Source of the DNA: Nitrososphaeraceae archaeon | GTDB taxonomy: Archaea; Thermoproteota; Nitrososphaeria; Nitrososphaerales; Nitrososphaeraceae | Assembly (NCBI GenBank): GCA_044870745.1 | Contig: JBIOZE010000131.1 | Location: forward strand, 430-64,429 | Length of the DNA stretch: 64,000 bases | Direction: 5' to 3' | In this document: one piece after another, positions 18,127-27,877 of the stretch | Layout: the number at the start of each line of letters is the position of its first letter | Position numbering within the stretch: the first letter of the stretch is position 1 | The notes under the pieces: model-generated | What the model saw: only the letters and a program-made list of their open reading frames with translations | What the model was told of the DNA's origin: nothing | Database searches by the model: none | Translations under genes and position numbers: made by a program

Positions 18127-20127
18127 CTAGACTCGAGATTCTTTTTGAATCTCTGGAAAAGAGTCTACTTTCTTTACTGCCATAATTTTAAACGAACCAG
18201 AAGGTAAAATCCTAATCACATCGTCCACAGGATATTGTTTGATGTAGGAAATTAAACTTCCTTGTACTGTAGAAAGTAGTCTTACAAATTCTGATTTTAT
18301 TTTTTTTGCTGTAGCGACTATGTCCAAATTGCCAGGCATTAAAGTAATATAGGCGTAACTTTTCGAAAGAATTGCTGCATCCGGCCCACAAATCATACCA
18401 TATTTATCATTGCCTTGGACCGTTATTCCTATTGCAAGTTTAAGTTCGACATTTCTGACAAAATTCCTTTTTCCCTCTAAAACAAATGCTCCTTTTGGTA
18501 GGTATTGTCCAGTAGGAGCCCCTTTCTTTACTTGACTAGGTAATACCCAGTATGCATCTGCAACAGATAATCCTTCCTTCCATGCTCTACTGAAAGAGAC
18601 AGTAGCCTGAGCAGATTGATTAATGCTATCGGTGATGTTTAATTTATCTCGGGCATCTTTCAAGACAAAAAAAGGAGAGCCATGAATTTCTGCATGGAAT
18701 ACAATATCAGATTCAGTCATGTGTTTTCGAATTATCGCAGAGTTCGATGAAGCATCTTTTCCCCCAACTAAAAGCAAGCTATCTGATGTATAGCACCAGT
18801 GGTACCGTTCGTACCAATCCTTCGACTGTTGCTTCCGAAATTCAACTTTATTTTCTGCTTTTAGTGATTTGTTTCGCAGCTCTACTAGGCGAGCTCTAAT
18901 TTTCTGACCTGCTTCTTCTATAGTCCTTGTGCCGTGTTCAAGCTCTTTTGCTCTAGTAAAGATGTACGAAGCTAGCTTTGGTAAGTTACGATCTGCTGGA
19001 ATAAATTGGTCTGCAATCATGATATACTCTTTGCCTTTTTCATTTGCTAGCTTGGCGTTATGCTTTTGTAGCACGTTATGAAATTGGGTATCTATATTAT
19101 CAGAAGTCTCTTGTTGCAGTATACCCATTATATCCTTTGCCAGATTTCTCAGGGAATTCCCCTTAATTATTACTTCTTTCTTTGCCTTTTCCTGCTGATC
19201 CAGATCATGCTCTAATACTGCTAATTGCTGTTCTAAGGTGCTAATTTTCCGAGTTTTGGCTAACCCAAAAATTTGAGTGCCGAGAACTTCATCAATCGCT
19301 TGCATAAAAGTAGGAACTTTCTTGATATTGTGATTATCACTGATGTATATTTGAATTGGAAAAGCATCGACTGGTTTTCCTGCCGCATCGAGCAGTATTG
19401 CTGGAGCATGATTCAATCCAGTAGTTACTTCGGTTACAATATTCATAATGTTAGTGTATATGGACTGCACCTCAGCATTTTCCAATTGCGAGACCAATCC
19501 TTCGGGATTAACTTTGGCCCTCCTCAATGCTTCCTCGACAAATCTTTTTGGCATGGAGGTCAAATTCCCTATCCATCGTGCAACGCTTACGCTATGGTAT
19601 TCGATTGTATCTTTACTTGATATCAAATGCTCAAGTGTAATATTGAAGACGTCCCCTCCACGTTGAGGAGGAAAAACATATTTCGATCCAACTCTCAAAA
19701 TCCTATGCCTTACCTCTATAGACTTTAGGATACCTAAGATTGACATTTCGTTATCGCAGAGAATCATGTTGCCGCCTCCAAATATTTCCACGATAAGTGT
19801 TATCACTACCTTGTCATTTCTTTTGAATTTCAAAATGAATATCCTTTCACTTCCAATTTGCTCTAAACTAAGAAACCTAGTCCGTTCAAGTTCACGCTTT
19901 AGTACAGCGACCATCTTATTCTGTTCGACTATTTTGAATTTGGTAGATGTTATCCACAGGCCTTGAGTCGAGATCATTAGCAGAATATCGGGCTCTACTG
20001 AGTGATGAAATCTGAGCAATACGGCGGCCTGTGTCACACCAATAACATCACTGACATAATATCCTCGGCCTAGTTTGATGCTCGATTCGTTTACAAGATA
20101 TCTAAGTTCTAAGCCGGATAGTTCCAT
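18127..20127 (-). CDS. rqcH: NFACT-family ribosome quality-control protein (Rqc2/RqcH/NEMF homolog)
   Basis: NFACT-N (SERI, EIFGGGNMILCD, Y.FPP), coiled coil, NFACT-R (WYERYHW, GGKDASSN, FHAEIHGSP, GQYLPKGAF). Confidence 0.9.
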   Translation of the reverse strand: MELSGLELRYLVNESSIKLGRGYYVSDVIGVTQAAVLLRFHHSVEPDILLMISTQGLWITSTKFKIVEQNKMVAVLKRELERTRFLSLEQIGSERIFILKFKRNDKVVITLIVEIFGGGNMILCDNEMSILGILKSIEVRHRILRVGSKYVFPPQRGGDVFNITLEHLISSKDTIEYHSVSVARWIGNLTSMPKRFVEEALRRAKVNPEGLVSQLENAEVQSIYTNIMNIVTEVTTGLNHAPAILLDAAGKPVDAFPIQIYISDNHNIKKVPTFMQAIDEVLGTQIFGLAKTRKISTLEQQLAVLEHDLDQQEKAKKEVIIKGNSLRNLAKDIMGILQQETSDNIDTQFHNVLQKHNAKLANEKGKEYIMIADQFIPADRNLPKLASYIFTRAKELEHGTRTIEEAGQKIRARLVELRNKSLKAENKVEFRKQQSKDWYERYHWCYTSDSLLLVGGKDASSNSAIIRKHMTESDIVFHAEIHGSPFFVLKDARDKLNITDSINQSAQATVSFSRAWKEGLSVADAYWVLPSQVKKGAPTGQYLPKGAFVLEGKRNFVRNVELKLAIGITVQGNDKYGMICGPDAAILSKSYAYITLMPGNLDIVATAKKIKSEFVRLLSTVQGSLISYIKQYPVDDVIRILPSGSFKIMAVKKVDSFPEIQKESRV

Positions 20128-20216
20128 GCTCTAAGTTGCCCTGCAGATTAATATTAATTAATGAAGACAATATAGACCGGAAAGAATTAAACCTGCATAT
20201 AAGTAGCATAGACGTT

Positions 20217-20504
20217 TTGGATCAGCTGGATAAACTATACTATGTGCGAGCATTTCTTGGCGCGCTATGTGGCGTTATTTTAGGATTTATTCTTAATCCT
20301 GATAACTCGAGTGGGGCCATAGGGGCAATCCTTATGGTTGGATTGGTCTTTTATATAATATCGTACGTCGCTGGCAAGAAAATCGTAACACAGATAAAGA
20401 AGGAAGAGAGACGGAAGCTCGCAACAAATGGTATATTTCCGTTCATTTTCTTATTACTTATGTTCATGATAGTCGTATATACCGGCTTATACGGCAACAT
20501 GTAG
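20217..20504 (+). CDS. EMC6/Rab5ip-like three-TM membrane protein
   Basis: LYYVRAFLGALCGVILG / GLVFYIISY / RRKLATNGIFPFIFLLLMFMIVVYT. TTG 20217 is about 25 nt after GGAAAG-AATTAAAC (BRE/TATA 20179-20192). Confidence 0.7.
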   Translation: MDQLDKLYYVRAFLGALCGVILGFILNPDNSSGAIGAILMVGLVFYIISYVAGKKIVTQIKKEERRKLATNGIFPFIFLLLMFMIVVYTGLYGNM

Positions 20505-20543
20505 CGGTCACTCTATCCACAAGACAAATTATCTAGGTCTGAT

Positions 20544-21146
20544 ATGAACTATATTTGCATGAAATGGGAATTCACTACACCGGGCATTCCTGACGATTTG
20601 TTTGAAAGAAGTGACAACGTACCTATAACAAAAGAAGATGTACGAGCACTGGCAGTTAGCAAGTTAAGGCTTAAGGAAGGATATGACGTCATTGAAGTTG
20701 GCACTGGCAGTGGAAGTCTAACGGTCGAAATTTGTTTACAAGTAAAAAGTGGAAAGGTATATTCAATAGATCTTAATCCCGAGGCTATAGAACTAGCGCG
20801 TCGAAATTTGGAAAGATTTGGAACAAATGCTCAGTTAATACTTTCGCACGCGCAGAATGTAATATCCTCACTTCCAATGGTTGATGCGATTGCTATCGGA
20901 GGTACTCTTGGAGAAACTGAGGAAATAATTAAGCTAAGTCTTCAAAGGCTTAAAAGTGGAGGAAGAATTGTTATTGATACGATCCTAATTGAAACCTTAT
21001 TCAAGACACTTGCAGCATTGAAGCAGCATGAGTTAATTGACATGGAGATCACTCAAGCTATCATTTGCAAATCAAGGAGCGTAAGTACGGGGACGATGCT
21101 TCTTGCGAGAAATCCGGTAACAATAATTTCTGCAACAAAAACCTAA
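20544..21146 (+). CDS. cbiT: Precorrin-6B/cobalt-precorrin-6B C15-methyltransferase (decarboxylating)
   Basis: GIPDDLF, PITKEDVRA, EVGTGSGS SAM motif, ARNPVTII. Confidence 0.93.
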   Translation: MNYICMKWEFTTPGIPDDLFERSDNVPITKEDVRALAVSKLRLKEGYDVIEVGTGSGSLTVEICLQVKSGKVYSIDLNPEAIELARRNLERFGTNAQLILSHAQNVISSLPMVDAIAIGGTLGETEEIIKLSLQRLKSGGRIVIDTILIETLFKTLAALKQHELIDMEITQAIICKSRSVSTGTMLLARNPVTIISATKT

Positions 21147-21323
21147 CTCATCAACAGTAATATACGTAAAAAACATCACAAAATGTTTAACTAGCGTGAT
21201 CATTTAAGCGATCAATCTTAACTGATTTTACGAATGAAATTAGATTTGTTTATCGTGTTATGCATTTGGAAATATAATAATTATCCTGGGATTTAAATAA
21301 CGCAAATTTTATGAATTTCATCA

Positions 21324-22055
21324 ATGAAACTATCTTGCATTGGTTGTGGTCCTGGGGATCCCGACCTCCTTACGATAAAGGCAATTGATCGAATAAGACA
21401 AGCAGAAATTATTTTTGCCCCTACGTCCAAACATGGCAAACCTAGCATTGCACTTTCCATCGTCCGCAAATATATAAATGAACTCACTACTTTAACAGTT
21501 GACCTGGTATTTCCTATGACAAAGGACAAAGATCTGCTGAAAAAGCAATGGAAGGACAATGCCGATCAGTTGGCAGGGGCAGTATTGAAAGGAAGAAAAA
21601 CTGTCTATTTGACTGTTGGAGACCCTTCGCTATACAGTACTTGGATATATATGCATAAAGAGATGATAAAAAATCATGGAAATATTGAAATTGAGATCAT
21701 TCCAGGCATCCCTTCCATGTTTGCCTTTGCCGCTGGTGCTAAAATGAGTCTCGCAGAGGGGGACGAGACACTAGGAATTGTTCCTGCTTGCTATGATCTT
21801 GAAAGAGTAAAACGTACTGCTTCTTCTTGTGACACAGTTATTTTTCTTAAGGATGGACGGTATTTTGACAGTGTAATTCAAGTACTCTCTGAAGCAGGCT
21901 TTGACGATGAATCGATTATAACAATAGCACAAGACGTATCTTCGGAGGGTGAAATAATGAAGGTAGCTAGATTAGGGGATTTAAAGACATTGAAAATTCA
22001 ATCCGGCAAGTATTTTTCGATAATGGTCGCAAAGCGAAATGACAAAAGCCAATAA
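21324..22055 (+). CDS. cbiL: Precorrin-2/cobalt-factor II C20-methyltransferase
   Basis: GCGPGDPDLLT, LVFPMTKD, TVGDPSLYST, IPGIPS. Confidence 0.93.
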   Translation: MKLSCIGCGPGDPDLLTIKAIDRIRQAEIIFAPTSKHGKPSIALSIVRKYINELTTLTVDLVFPMTKDKDLLKKQWKDNADQLAGAVLKGRKTVYLTVGDPSLYSTWIYMHKEMIKNHGNIEIEIIPGIPSMFAFAAGAKMSLAEGDETLGIVPACYDLERVKRTASSCDTVIFLKDGRYFDSVIQVLSEAGFDDESIITIAQDVSSEGEIMKVARLGDLKTLKIQSGKYFSIMVAKRNDKSQ

Positions 22056-22815
22056 TACTGTATACTTCGTTGGATCAGGTCCTGGCGATCCGGACCTCAT
22101 TACTCTAAAAGCATTGAAGCTCCTTCAGAACGCTGATGTAGTTGTTTACTCAGGATCGTTGCTCAATCCGAAACTTCTTGATCATGTTAAAAATGATGCC
22201 CAAATTCATGATGCAGCGTTACTAGATAGAGAACTTATTTTCGAAATATTGGAAAAGACTGCTAAGTCTGGTAAGCTGGCAGTTCGTTTCCATGATGGCG
22301 ACCCTTCATTATTTAGTGCTATAAGAGAACAAATTGATAAACTCGAGAAAGATGGCATAAATTGTAAAGTTGTTCCGGGAATAACAGCCGTATTAGGTGC
22401 GGCAGCCTCATTAAATTTAGAACTAACCCTACCAGGTGTTACTCAGACGTTGATAATCACAAGAGTAGAATCTAGAACTCCTGTACCAGAAAGGGAAAGA
22501 CTTGTGGAACTTGCCAAGCATGGTGCAACCCTAACATTATACCTAAGTGTTCACTTGATTGATAATATTGTAAGAGACTTACTGTCAGGTGGCGCTTACA
22601 CTAAGGACACACCTGTTGCAGTTGTATACAGGGCAACCTGGGATAATGAAAAGACTCTGATAGGTACACTTGGAAATATCGTAAAAATGGTCAAAGATTC
22701 TAAGATAACAAAGACTGCAGTAATCATTGTAGGTTCAGTTCTGAGACCTGCAAACTATCAATTTTCAAAGGTATACGACCCTAAATTTACTCACGGTTAC
22801 AGAAAAGCAAAGTAG
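22039..22815 (+). CDS. cbiF: Precorrin-4/cobalt-precorrin-4 C11-methyltransferase
   Basis: GSGPGDPDLIT, RFHDGDPSLFSAIREQ, ELTLPGVTQTLIITR, SKVYDPKFTHGYR. Confidence 0.95.
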   Translation: MTKANNTVYFVGSGPGDPDLITLKALKLLQNADVVVYSGSLLNPKLLDHVKNDAQIHDAALLDRELIFEILEKTAKSGKLAVRFHDGDPSLFSAIREQIDKLEKDGINCKVVPGITAVLGAAASLNLELTLPGVTQTLIITRVESRTPVPERERLVELAKHGATLTLYLSVHLIDNIVRDLLSGGAYTKDTPVAVVYRATWDNEKTLIGTLGNIVKMVKDSKITKTAVIIVGSVLRPANYQFSKVYDPKFTHGYRKAK

Positions 22816-22868
22816 TGTTTCACATTCGCCTCTCCTCACAATGAAAATGAAATGGTATGCCTAATTCC

Positions 22869-23054
22869 TCAAAATATTTCCTCGTCTTTCCTCATGCCTG
22901 CCAGGCCTGTTCTTACATTCGAAGCACATTCTGTACATAGGTCTTCTGAGAATGGAAAGCTTTTCATGCATTGTTTACAAGTGGGTCTATCACATTTTGG
23001 ACAAGCTACTGTTGATGTTTGGTTATTACAAAGATAACAAAAATTTTTCTCCAT
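22869..23054 (-). CDS. Small Cys-rich protein (four CxxC pairs, two Zn sites)
   Basis: CYLC, CPKC, CKQC, CTEC in 61 aa. Confidence 0.75.
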   Translation of the reverse strand: MEKNFCYLCNNQTSTVACPKCDRPTCKQCMKSFPFSEDLCTECASNVRTGLAGMRKDEEIF

Positions 23055-23143
23055 ACTATATTATGGGTTCATCGGTCGTAAAAGTATATCGTCTACAGTA
23101 GGTGTGAGGATGAGACCGCTGGCCTATAAAGTCCCTCCTAAAG

Positions 23144-23443
23144 TCAGAGTTGAAATCTGGAGATTTCCTTCTGCTCTACTTTTGCCCAGTCTCCCATCCC
23201 GGGACCTGGTTCTGAATCTTTCCTTCTTCCAACAATTTCGCTTATTATGATTTGTTTTGCAGCCATTGGAGGCCACACCATCGCAACATACTCACCCGTA
23301 CCTCCGGCAGTATCTAAGGAAGCTTCGAGAAGATTCTTATCTGAAAAGCCAAGAGCAATTAATTTCTGCCGTACAGCACCAACCAAATCCGTCTGACCAT
23401 GAACGATGATGTGAACATTCTTGCTGAAATCTAAGGAAGACAT
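23144..23443 (-). CDS. Hypothetical protein
   Basis: 99-aa ORF with alpha/beta-like composition, ATG start, no competing ORF. Confidence 0.7.
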   Translation of the reverse strand: MSSLDFSKNVHIIVHGQTDLVGAVRQKLIALGFSDKNLLEASLDTAGGTGEYVAMVWPPMAAKQIIISEIVGRRKDSEPGPGMGDWAKVEQKEISRFQL

Positions 23444-23628
23444 TATGTATTCTGATTCAATTATTCACAGGTATAAACGTGATGGCGTGAATTTCACTAA
23501 GTGTTTTGACCTATCAATGTTTCAAAATCCCCTACGCACCAAACATTATACTGGAATGATCTATCAGACAGCCTATCCCAGAATAATGATATTCAATTAT
23601 ATAGTTTAAGACACAAAAATAAAGTGAT

Positions 23629-24288
23629 CTAGCCAAGTCTTACTGACAGTTCTTCCCCATTTCCTATTGGAACGGTAACAGATCGCATATTTTTCATCCC
23701 ACGAACGTGCTCCAAATATTTTGTCATAAGTAATCTATATTCCTCAGGATATAGAACATTGTCAGCAGCTATTATGCCACCTATCCGTACAAGTGGTAAC
23801 ACAAGGTCGAAATACTCTATTAGATGTTCTTTGTCAGCATCTAGGAAAACTATGTCAAATTTTTTCTTATCGCCAGTGTCATTTCCTTGATAATTATTTA
23901 TTAACTTTTTTAGTTTACTGAGAGCATTTCCTTCAAGAACCTTTATCATGTTTTCGACTCCTGCCTTTATGAAGTTCTTCTTCGCCGCGACAACCTTCAA
24001 AGGATTCGATTCCACAGTTATGATAGCATCGACTGTTCCTTTAGCACCATAATTATATTTGAGCGCAGCAGCAAACCATAGGGTTGAATACCCAGCAGAT
24101 GTTCCTATTTCTAGTACCTTCCGTGCTTTAGTGGAAATTGTTAACACATTGTAAAACAGTCCGGTATCATGAGTAATCGGTTGCATCATCTGTTCTCTGC
24201 GTAGTTCGATTTCCCCGGCATTTTCTGCTAATGCTTGTTTCTCAAGAGCAGTTAATACGGAGGCTATTTTCGTATCCACAATGTCCAA
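23629..24288 (-). CDS. Class I SAM-dependent O-methyltransferase (COMT/CCoAOMT-like)
   Basis: LEIGTSAGYS, FDIVFLDADKE, GGIIAADNV. Confidence 0.92.
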   Translation of the reverse strand: MDIVDTKIASVLTALEKQALAENAGEIELRREQMMQPITHDTGLFYNVLTISTKARKVLEIGTSAGYSTLWFAAALKYNYGAKGTVDAIITVESNPLKVVAAKKNFIKAGVENMIKVLEGNALSKLKKLINNYQGNDTGDKKKFDIVFLDADKEHLIEYFDLVLPLVRIGGIIAADNVLYPEEYRLLMTKYLEHVRGMKNMRSVTVPIGNGEELSVRLG

Positions 24289-24356
24289 TAATAGATGCTG
24301 GCATTTAGATATTTATTATTCAATACAATGAATGTGACCTGTTCAGGAATCTTTCA

Positions 24357-24698
24357 TTAAGGGAACGGGAGCTGGAAGAGACTAGAACCTGATAGTGAGA
24401 ATGGATCTATTTGTGGAGTTCGTGTGCTGGAAGGAGTGTCATTATTTTCGGATTCAATTGGGGACCATTTAAAATGCATAAATGGGAATATTCGAATAAT
24501 CGGGTCAATACACGAGTCGAAAATTCCACAATTGTCAAGTCCCAACGCCTCAGCACGCAATGTGCGTCTATCATCGGTTAAATCAGCAAATGAGTTGTGT
24601 GAATACGTAGCGAAAGTCAAGACAGAAATTACTAGTGTAATTCCGAGTCTGCTGCAGATCCGTATTCTGTTATTCGTATTTATCGTAATTGGATGCAT
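24357..24698 (-). CDS. Hypothetical secreted protein ending in LPFP
   Basis: Signal-peptide-like LGITLVISVLTFATYSHNSFA, S/T-rich linker, terminal LFQLPFP. Confidence 0.55.
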   Translation of the reverse strand: MHPITINTNNRIRICSRLGITLVISVLTFATYSHNSFADLTDDRRTLRAEALGLDNCGIFDSCIDPIIRIFPFMHFKWSPIESENNDTPSSTRTPQIDPFSLSGSSLFQLPFP

Positions 24699-25059
24699 GA
24701 TAAAGTATATGTGGAATGCTCAACTGCCAATTGTAAGATAGTTGAATAATTCGCTGCTCTAATCTAATTCTGAAAGCCTTCATAGAGTAAAATAAGTCAA
24801 GAATTTCTTAATGAATTCGTATCCTAATTTTCGATGATAAATTCTCCCAGACTCATAGCCTTCACGAATAGTGATTTTATTGCAATTTTTAGGCTTGTTA
24901 GTTTAGATTGTTCCTATCCTCCTTATAGTAAATTGGAACGCAGATTTTTTCACGGTTTGATCTGACGGTACAATCTTATTTATTTCAGCTATTTACTCTC
25001 ACTCAAGAACATGGATAAGAACGTTTAATTTTAGTCTAGTGCTGAGGACGTAGCAATCT

Positions 25060-25371
25060 ATGGAAAAAATTTTTGAAATGGAAAAGCTAATTTCAAAACT
25101 CGAGGGCAATGAAAATTACTTTCTAACATTCATAAACTCGCATGGAATTCAAGCTGGAATATTACGGCTACTACCAGAGGAAGAAGATGTGCAGGAACCT
25201 CATTCTTCAGATGAAATATACTTCATCATAAGGGGTGATGGTTTTATCAACATGAATGGTAGAAAATATAAGTTGATGCCCAATTCATTCATTTATGTCC
25301 CAGCAAACCTTGAACACAAATTCTATGGAAATAGAGAGGAACTTTTAGTAGCTTATTTCTTGGCCAATTAG
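25060..25371 (+). CDS. Cupin domain protein
   Basis: QEPHSSDEIYFIIRGDG and YVPANLEHKF cupin motifs. Confidence 0.9.
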   Translation: MEKIFEMEKLISKLEGNENYFLTFINSHGIQAGILRLLPEEEDVQEPHSSDEIYFIIRGDGFINMNGRKYKLMPNSFIYVPANLEHKFYGNREELLVAYFLAN

Positions 25372-25456
25372 AAATGAGGCTGCAGCAGAATTGGTGTACT
25401 ATTACTTACTCGTCAATCTGAAACCCAATGACAATCTTGACCTAAATATTTCCGAA

Positions 25457-25780
25457 TCAAAAAATTGGCTTCTTCATGCTAGATCCACATCTTTTGCATC
25501 GAATGTCTTTCACTTCTGCACCACAGCTTAAGCAAGAATATCTCAATTGAGTACGGCCCGAAAAGAATCCTTTACCTACTCTTTCATCGCTGAAACCAAA
25601 AGATTTTAGAGCTCTCATCTGCCTTGATCTTATGTAAAACATTATCCCTATGAAGAAAGCTAGATTCAAAATGAAGCCTACTATAAATCCAAACAAGTAT
25701 GTAAATAGCAGACTTAGTCCGAGACTAGCCCCGATGAATAAAATTTGGCGTTTCAAATCAGATTTTAAATTATTGCCCAT
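25457..25780 (-). CDS. Membrane protein with C-terminal Zn ribbon
   Basis: N-terminal TM hairpin, CLSCG...CKRCGS. Confidence 0.8.
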   Translation of the reverse strand: MGNNLKSDLKRQILFIGASLGLSLLFTYLFGFIVGFILNLAFFIGIMFYIRSRQMRALKSFGFSDERVGKGFFSGRTQLRYSCLSCGAEVKDIRCKRCGSSMKKPIF

Positions 25781-25956
25781 CTCCGACGCTTATACTATGT
25801 ACCTCTGGGTTTATCAATTTATTCCCAAATTGAAGCCATCTTGTAGAATAAGGGCTGATTTGCTAGCTGTCTGATATTAGGATTATTGCGGTCAGATCAG
25901 GCATTCAAGTTTAATTTGATAGACCCTTGTAATATGAATAGAGGAACTACAGAGTT

Positions 25957-26515
25957 TCAAAAATATGAACTTAATATATTTATCACATTTTCAATTCCAT
26001 TCATCTCCTCTGCAACCACTTTGATTTTGTTAGTATTTTGCAGATAGTAGTCATTATTCAAAACCTCTTTTATGGCGGAATTTATGGATCTCAGGTTCAT
26101 TATCTCTTGTTGCTTCGAGAATTGTAGAAATAAGAAAAAGTCGAGTTAAAGAAGGACCAGTGATATGCACAAAAACCAGAGGCTTAGATCTGTTAATACC
26201 AAGTGTCTTCACAACAGTATTCAATACTTGCGGAGCACGATCAGGTATTGAAATAGTAAACCATACGTAATCCACTTTTTTCCTTATAGAATCACAATCC
26301 CAGATGTTATGCTCGCAAATAGTGTAAGGTGGGGGGCAGATTGGGTATAAGCAGCCTTTCGGACAAATTCCAAGTCCTCCAAGAAATTCTCCATCATTTT
26401 TTCAAAAATCCGAGCAATAGTCAATTTCCTAGTCATTGAGACGATTAGCAATAGTTACTAGACGACCAGCATGGCCTAGACCTATACCATATGGAGCAAA
26501 ATAGGCCCGAGCCAT
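25957..26515 (-). pseudogene. Decayed GT-B glycosyltransferase (MurG/GT28-like archaeal family)
   Basis: Begins MARAYFAPYGIGLGHAGRL, then in-frame TAG and TGA. Remnants IPNLPP/PPYTICEHN (frameshift in a C-run), VFVHITGP and a C-terminal EEMNGIENVINILSSYF. Only about 560 bp remain. Confidence 0.75.
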
Positions 26516-26714
26516 ACATATAATCACAAATTGCCAAAATCATGGCTTATAAATTGTAAAGCTAAGATGCGTAATCTCAAAATAAACAATGGCAGTTAGG
26601 GTTTGACAAGTCAGGCGTCATTCTTTTCATGTCTTAAGCGTTGCCAATACGCAGACAACTAAATTACCTAGTAACTTATGAAAATAAGGTGTGGGCTTAG
26701 TCGTATCTTGATTT

Positions 26715-27104
26715 CTAATTGGAATGGGATGCAGTTGGCTCGTCCATTGTATCAAAAACAAGCTCATTTATTTTTTCCAGATGTTTGGCTAAAGATACCA
26801 TTACCTCTATTTTTCTTTTTGGATAATTTGCAAATTGAATGACACTATCTATGAAAGTGGGTATTGGTATAACATCCTCTCCTAATACTTCTATTCCTCT
26901 TCTTGTCATCAAGTACGATTTTGCAATGTGAGCAGCTTGAATACCGTTTAGAAAGTAATTTTGAGAATCCGGCATAGAATTGCTAGCTTTAAGATACTCT
27001 TGTTTAAGTAATTCCGCTTCCTTTTCAATATCATCCTCCATCAATTTCATCCTCTCAACCAAGCGATTTATTCCCTCCATAATATCTACTGCCATCGACG
27101 CCAC
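26715..27104 (-). CDS. Hypothetical helical protein
   Basis: 129-aa ORF directly downstream of the PadR gene, same strand. Confidence 0.75.
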   Translation of the reverse strand: MASMAVDIMEGINRLVERMKLMEDDIEKEAELLKQEYLKASNSMPDSQNYFLNGIQAAHIAKSYLMTRRGIEVLGEDVIPIPTFIDSVIQFANYPKRKIEVMVSLAKHLEKINELVFDTMDEPTASHSN

Positions 27105-27133
27105 CCACTTTGAAGATTACAAATTATGCTTTC

Positions 27134-27637
27134 TTACTCTGATCTTACTCGCTCTTTTTTTATTTCTTGTTCTTGAAGTTTTCTGAGTTCACTCAAAAGA
27201 AATTTTTTATACTTATCGCGTTCTTGTTCTGTCATCTTATCCAAGTTAGAGCTTAAGGTAGATCCTATGGTAGACATTCGATCTATCAGATCTATTGCCA
27301 TAAATTTCCCGACATTTCCTACCCTGAGCATGACATCAAGTTGCTTCTGTACTATGTTATGGACAGAATCAGCATCTTCTGCTATTTCTACCCCTTTCGG
27401 TGTAATGCGATATTTCCCACTATCAGTTTCACTAATTAGTCCCTCTTCCAGTAACCTACCGAGCATTGGATAAATCAAACCAGGCGAAGGTTTCCACCGT
27501 CCTTCACTTTGTAAGATTGCTTTGTCTATAATTTCCTTACCTGTCATAGGCTGAATCTTTAATAAAGCCAAAACATAGTGGCGCGAGAATCCTCGTGGAA
27601 TTGCACTTCCAACTCTTGCAAGCCAATTTGAAATCAT
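27134..27637 (-). CDS. PadR-family transcriptional regulator
   Basis: RHYVLALL, MTGKEI, WKPSPGLIYPML, YRITPKG. Confidence 0.92.
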   Translation of the reverse strand: MISNWLARVGSAIPRGFSRHYVLALLKIQPMTGKEIIDKAILQSEGRWKPSPGLIYPMLGRLLEEGLISETDSGKYRITPKGVEIAEDADSVHNIVQKQLDVMLRVGNVGKFMAIDLIDRMSTIGSTLSSNLDKMTEQERDKYKKFLLSELRKLQEQEIKKERVRSE

Positions 27638-27751
27638 ATCACTAGTGATATTACTAGCGATATTTTAGTCTTTCTGGTTTGAACGCTCAACCACACATAG
27701 ATGTGCTTGTTCTAATGCGATCTAGATCATTAACTTCCAAATTAAAAATTC

Positions 27752-27877
27752 TCAGGGTACGAAATATACGAGGAAGCTCGCACCTACTATTGCCGCAACA
27801 AGGAGTATAGTAATCAATATCCCTTTTTTTGTGGTTCGTTTCTTCCTGCCTTCTCTTTCGAGATCTTCTTTTACCAA
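27752..27877 (-). CDS. Small tail-anchored-type membrane protein (41-46 aa)
   Basis: Not in track. (ISDSE)LVKEDLEREGRKKRTTKKGILITILLVAAIVGASFLVYFVP*. Start is TTG 27877 or ATA 27892. Confidence 0.55.
   Translation of the reverse strand: MVKEDLEREGRKKRTTKKGILITILLVAAIVGASFLVYFVP

Noticed and set aside
24424-24741. 105-aa plus-strand ORF with a hydrophobic end
   Set aside because: Overlaps the minus-strand ORF that has a signal peptide and coherent architecture. One is probably shadow and I favour the minus strand, with modest certainty.
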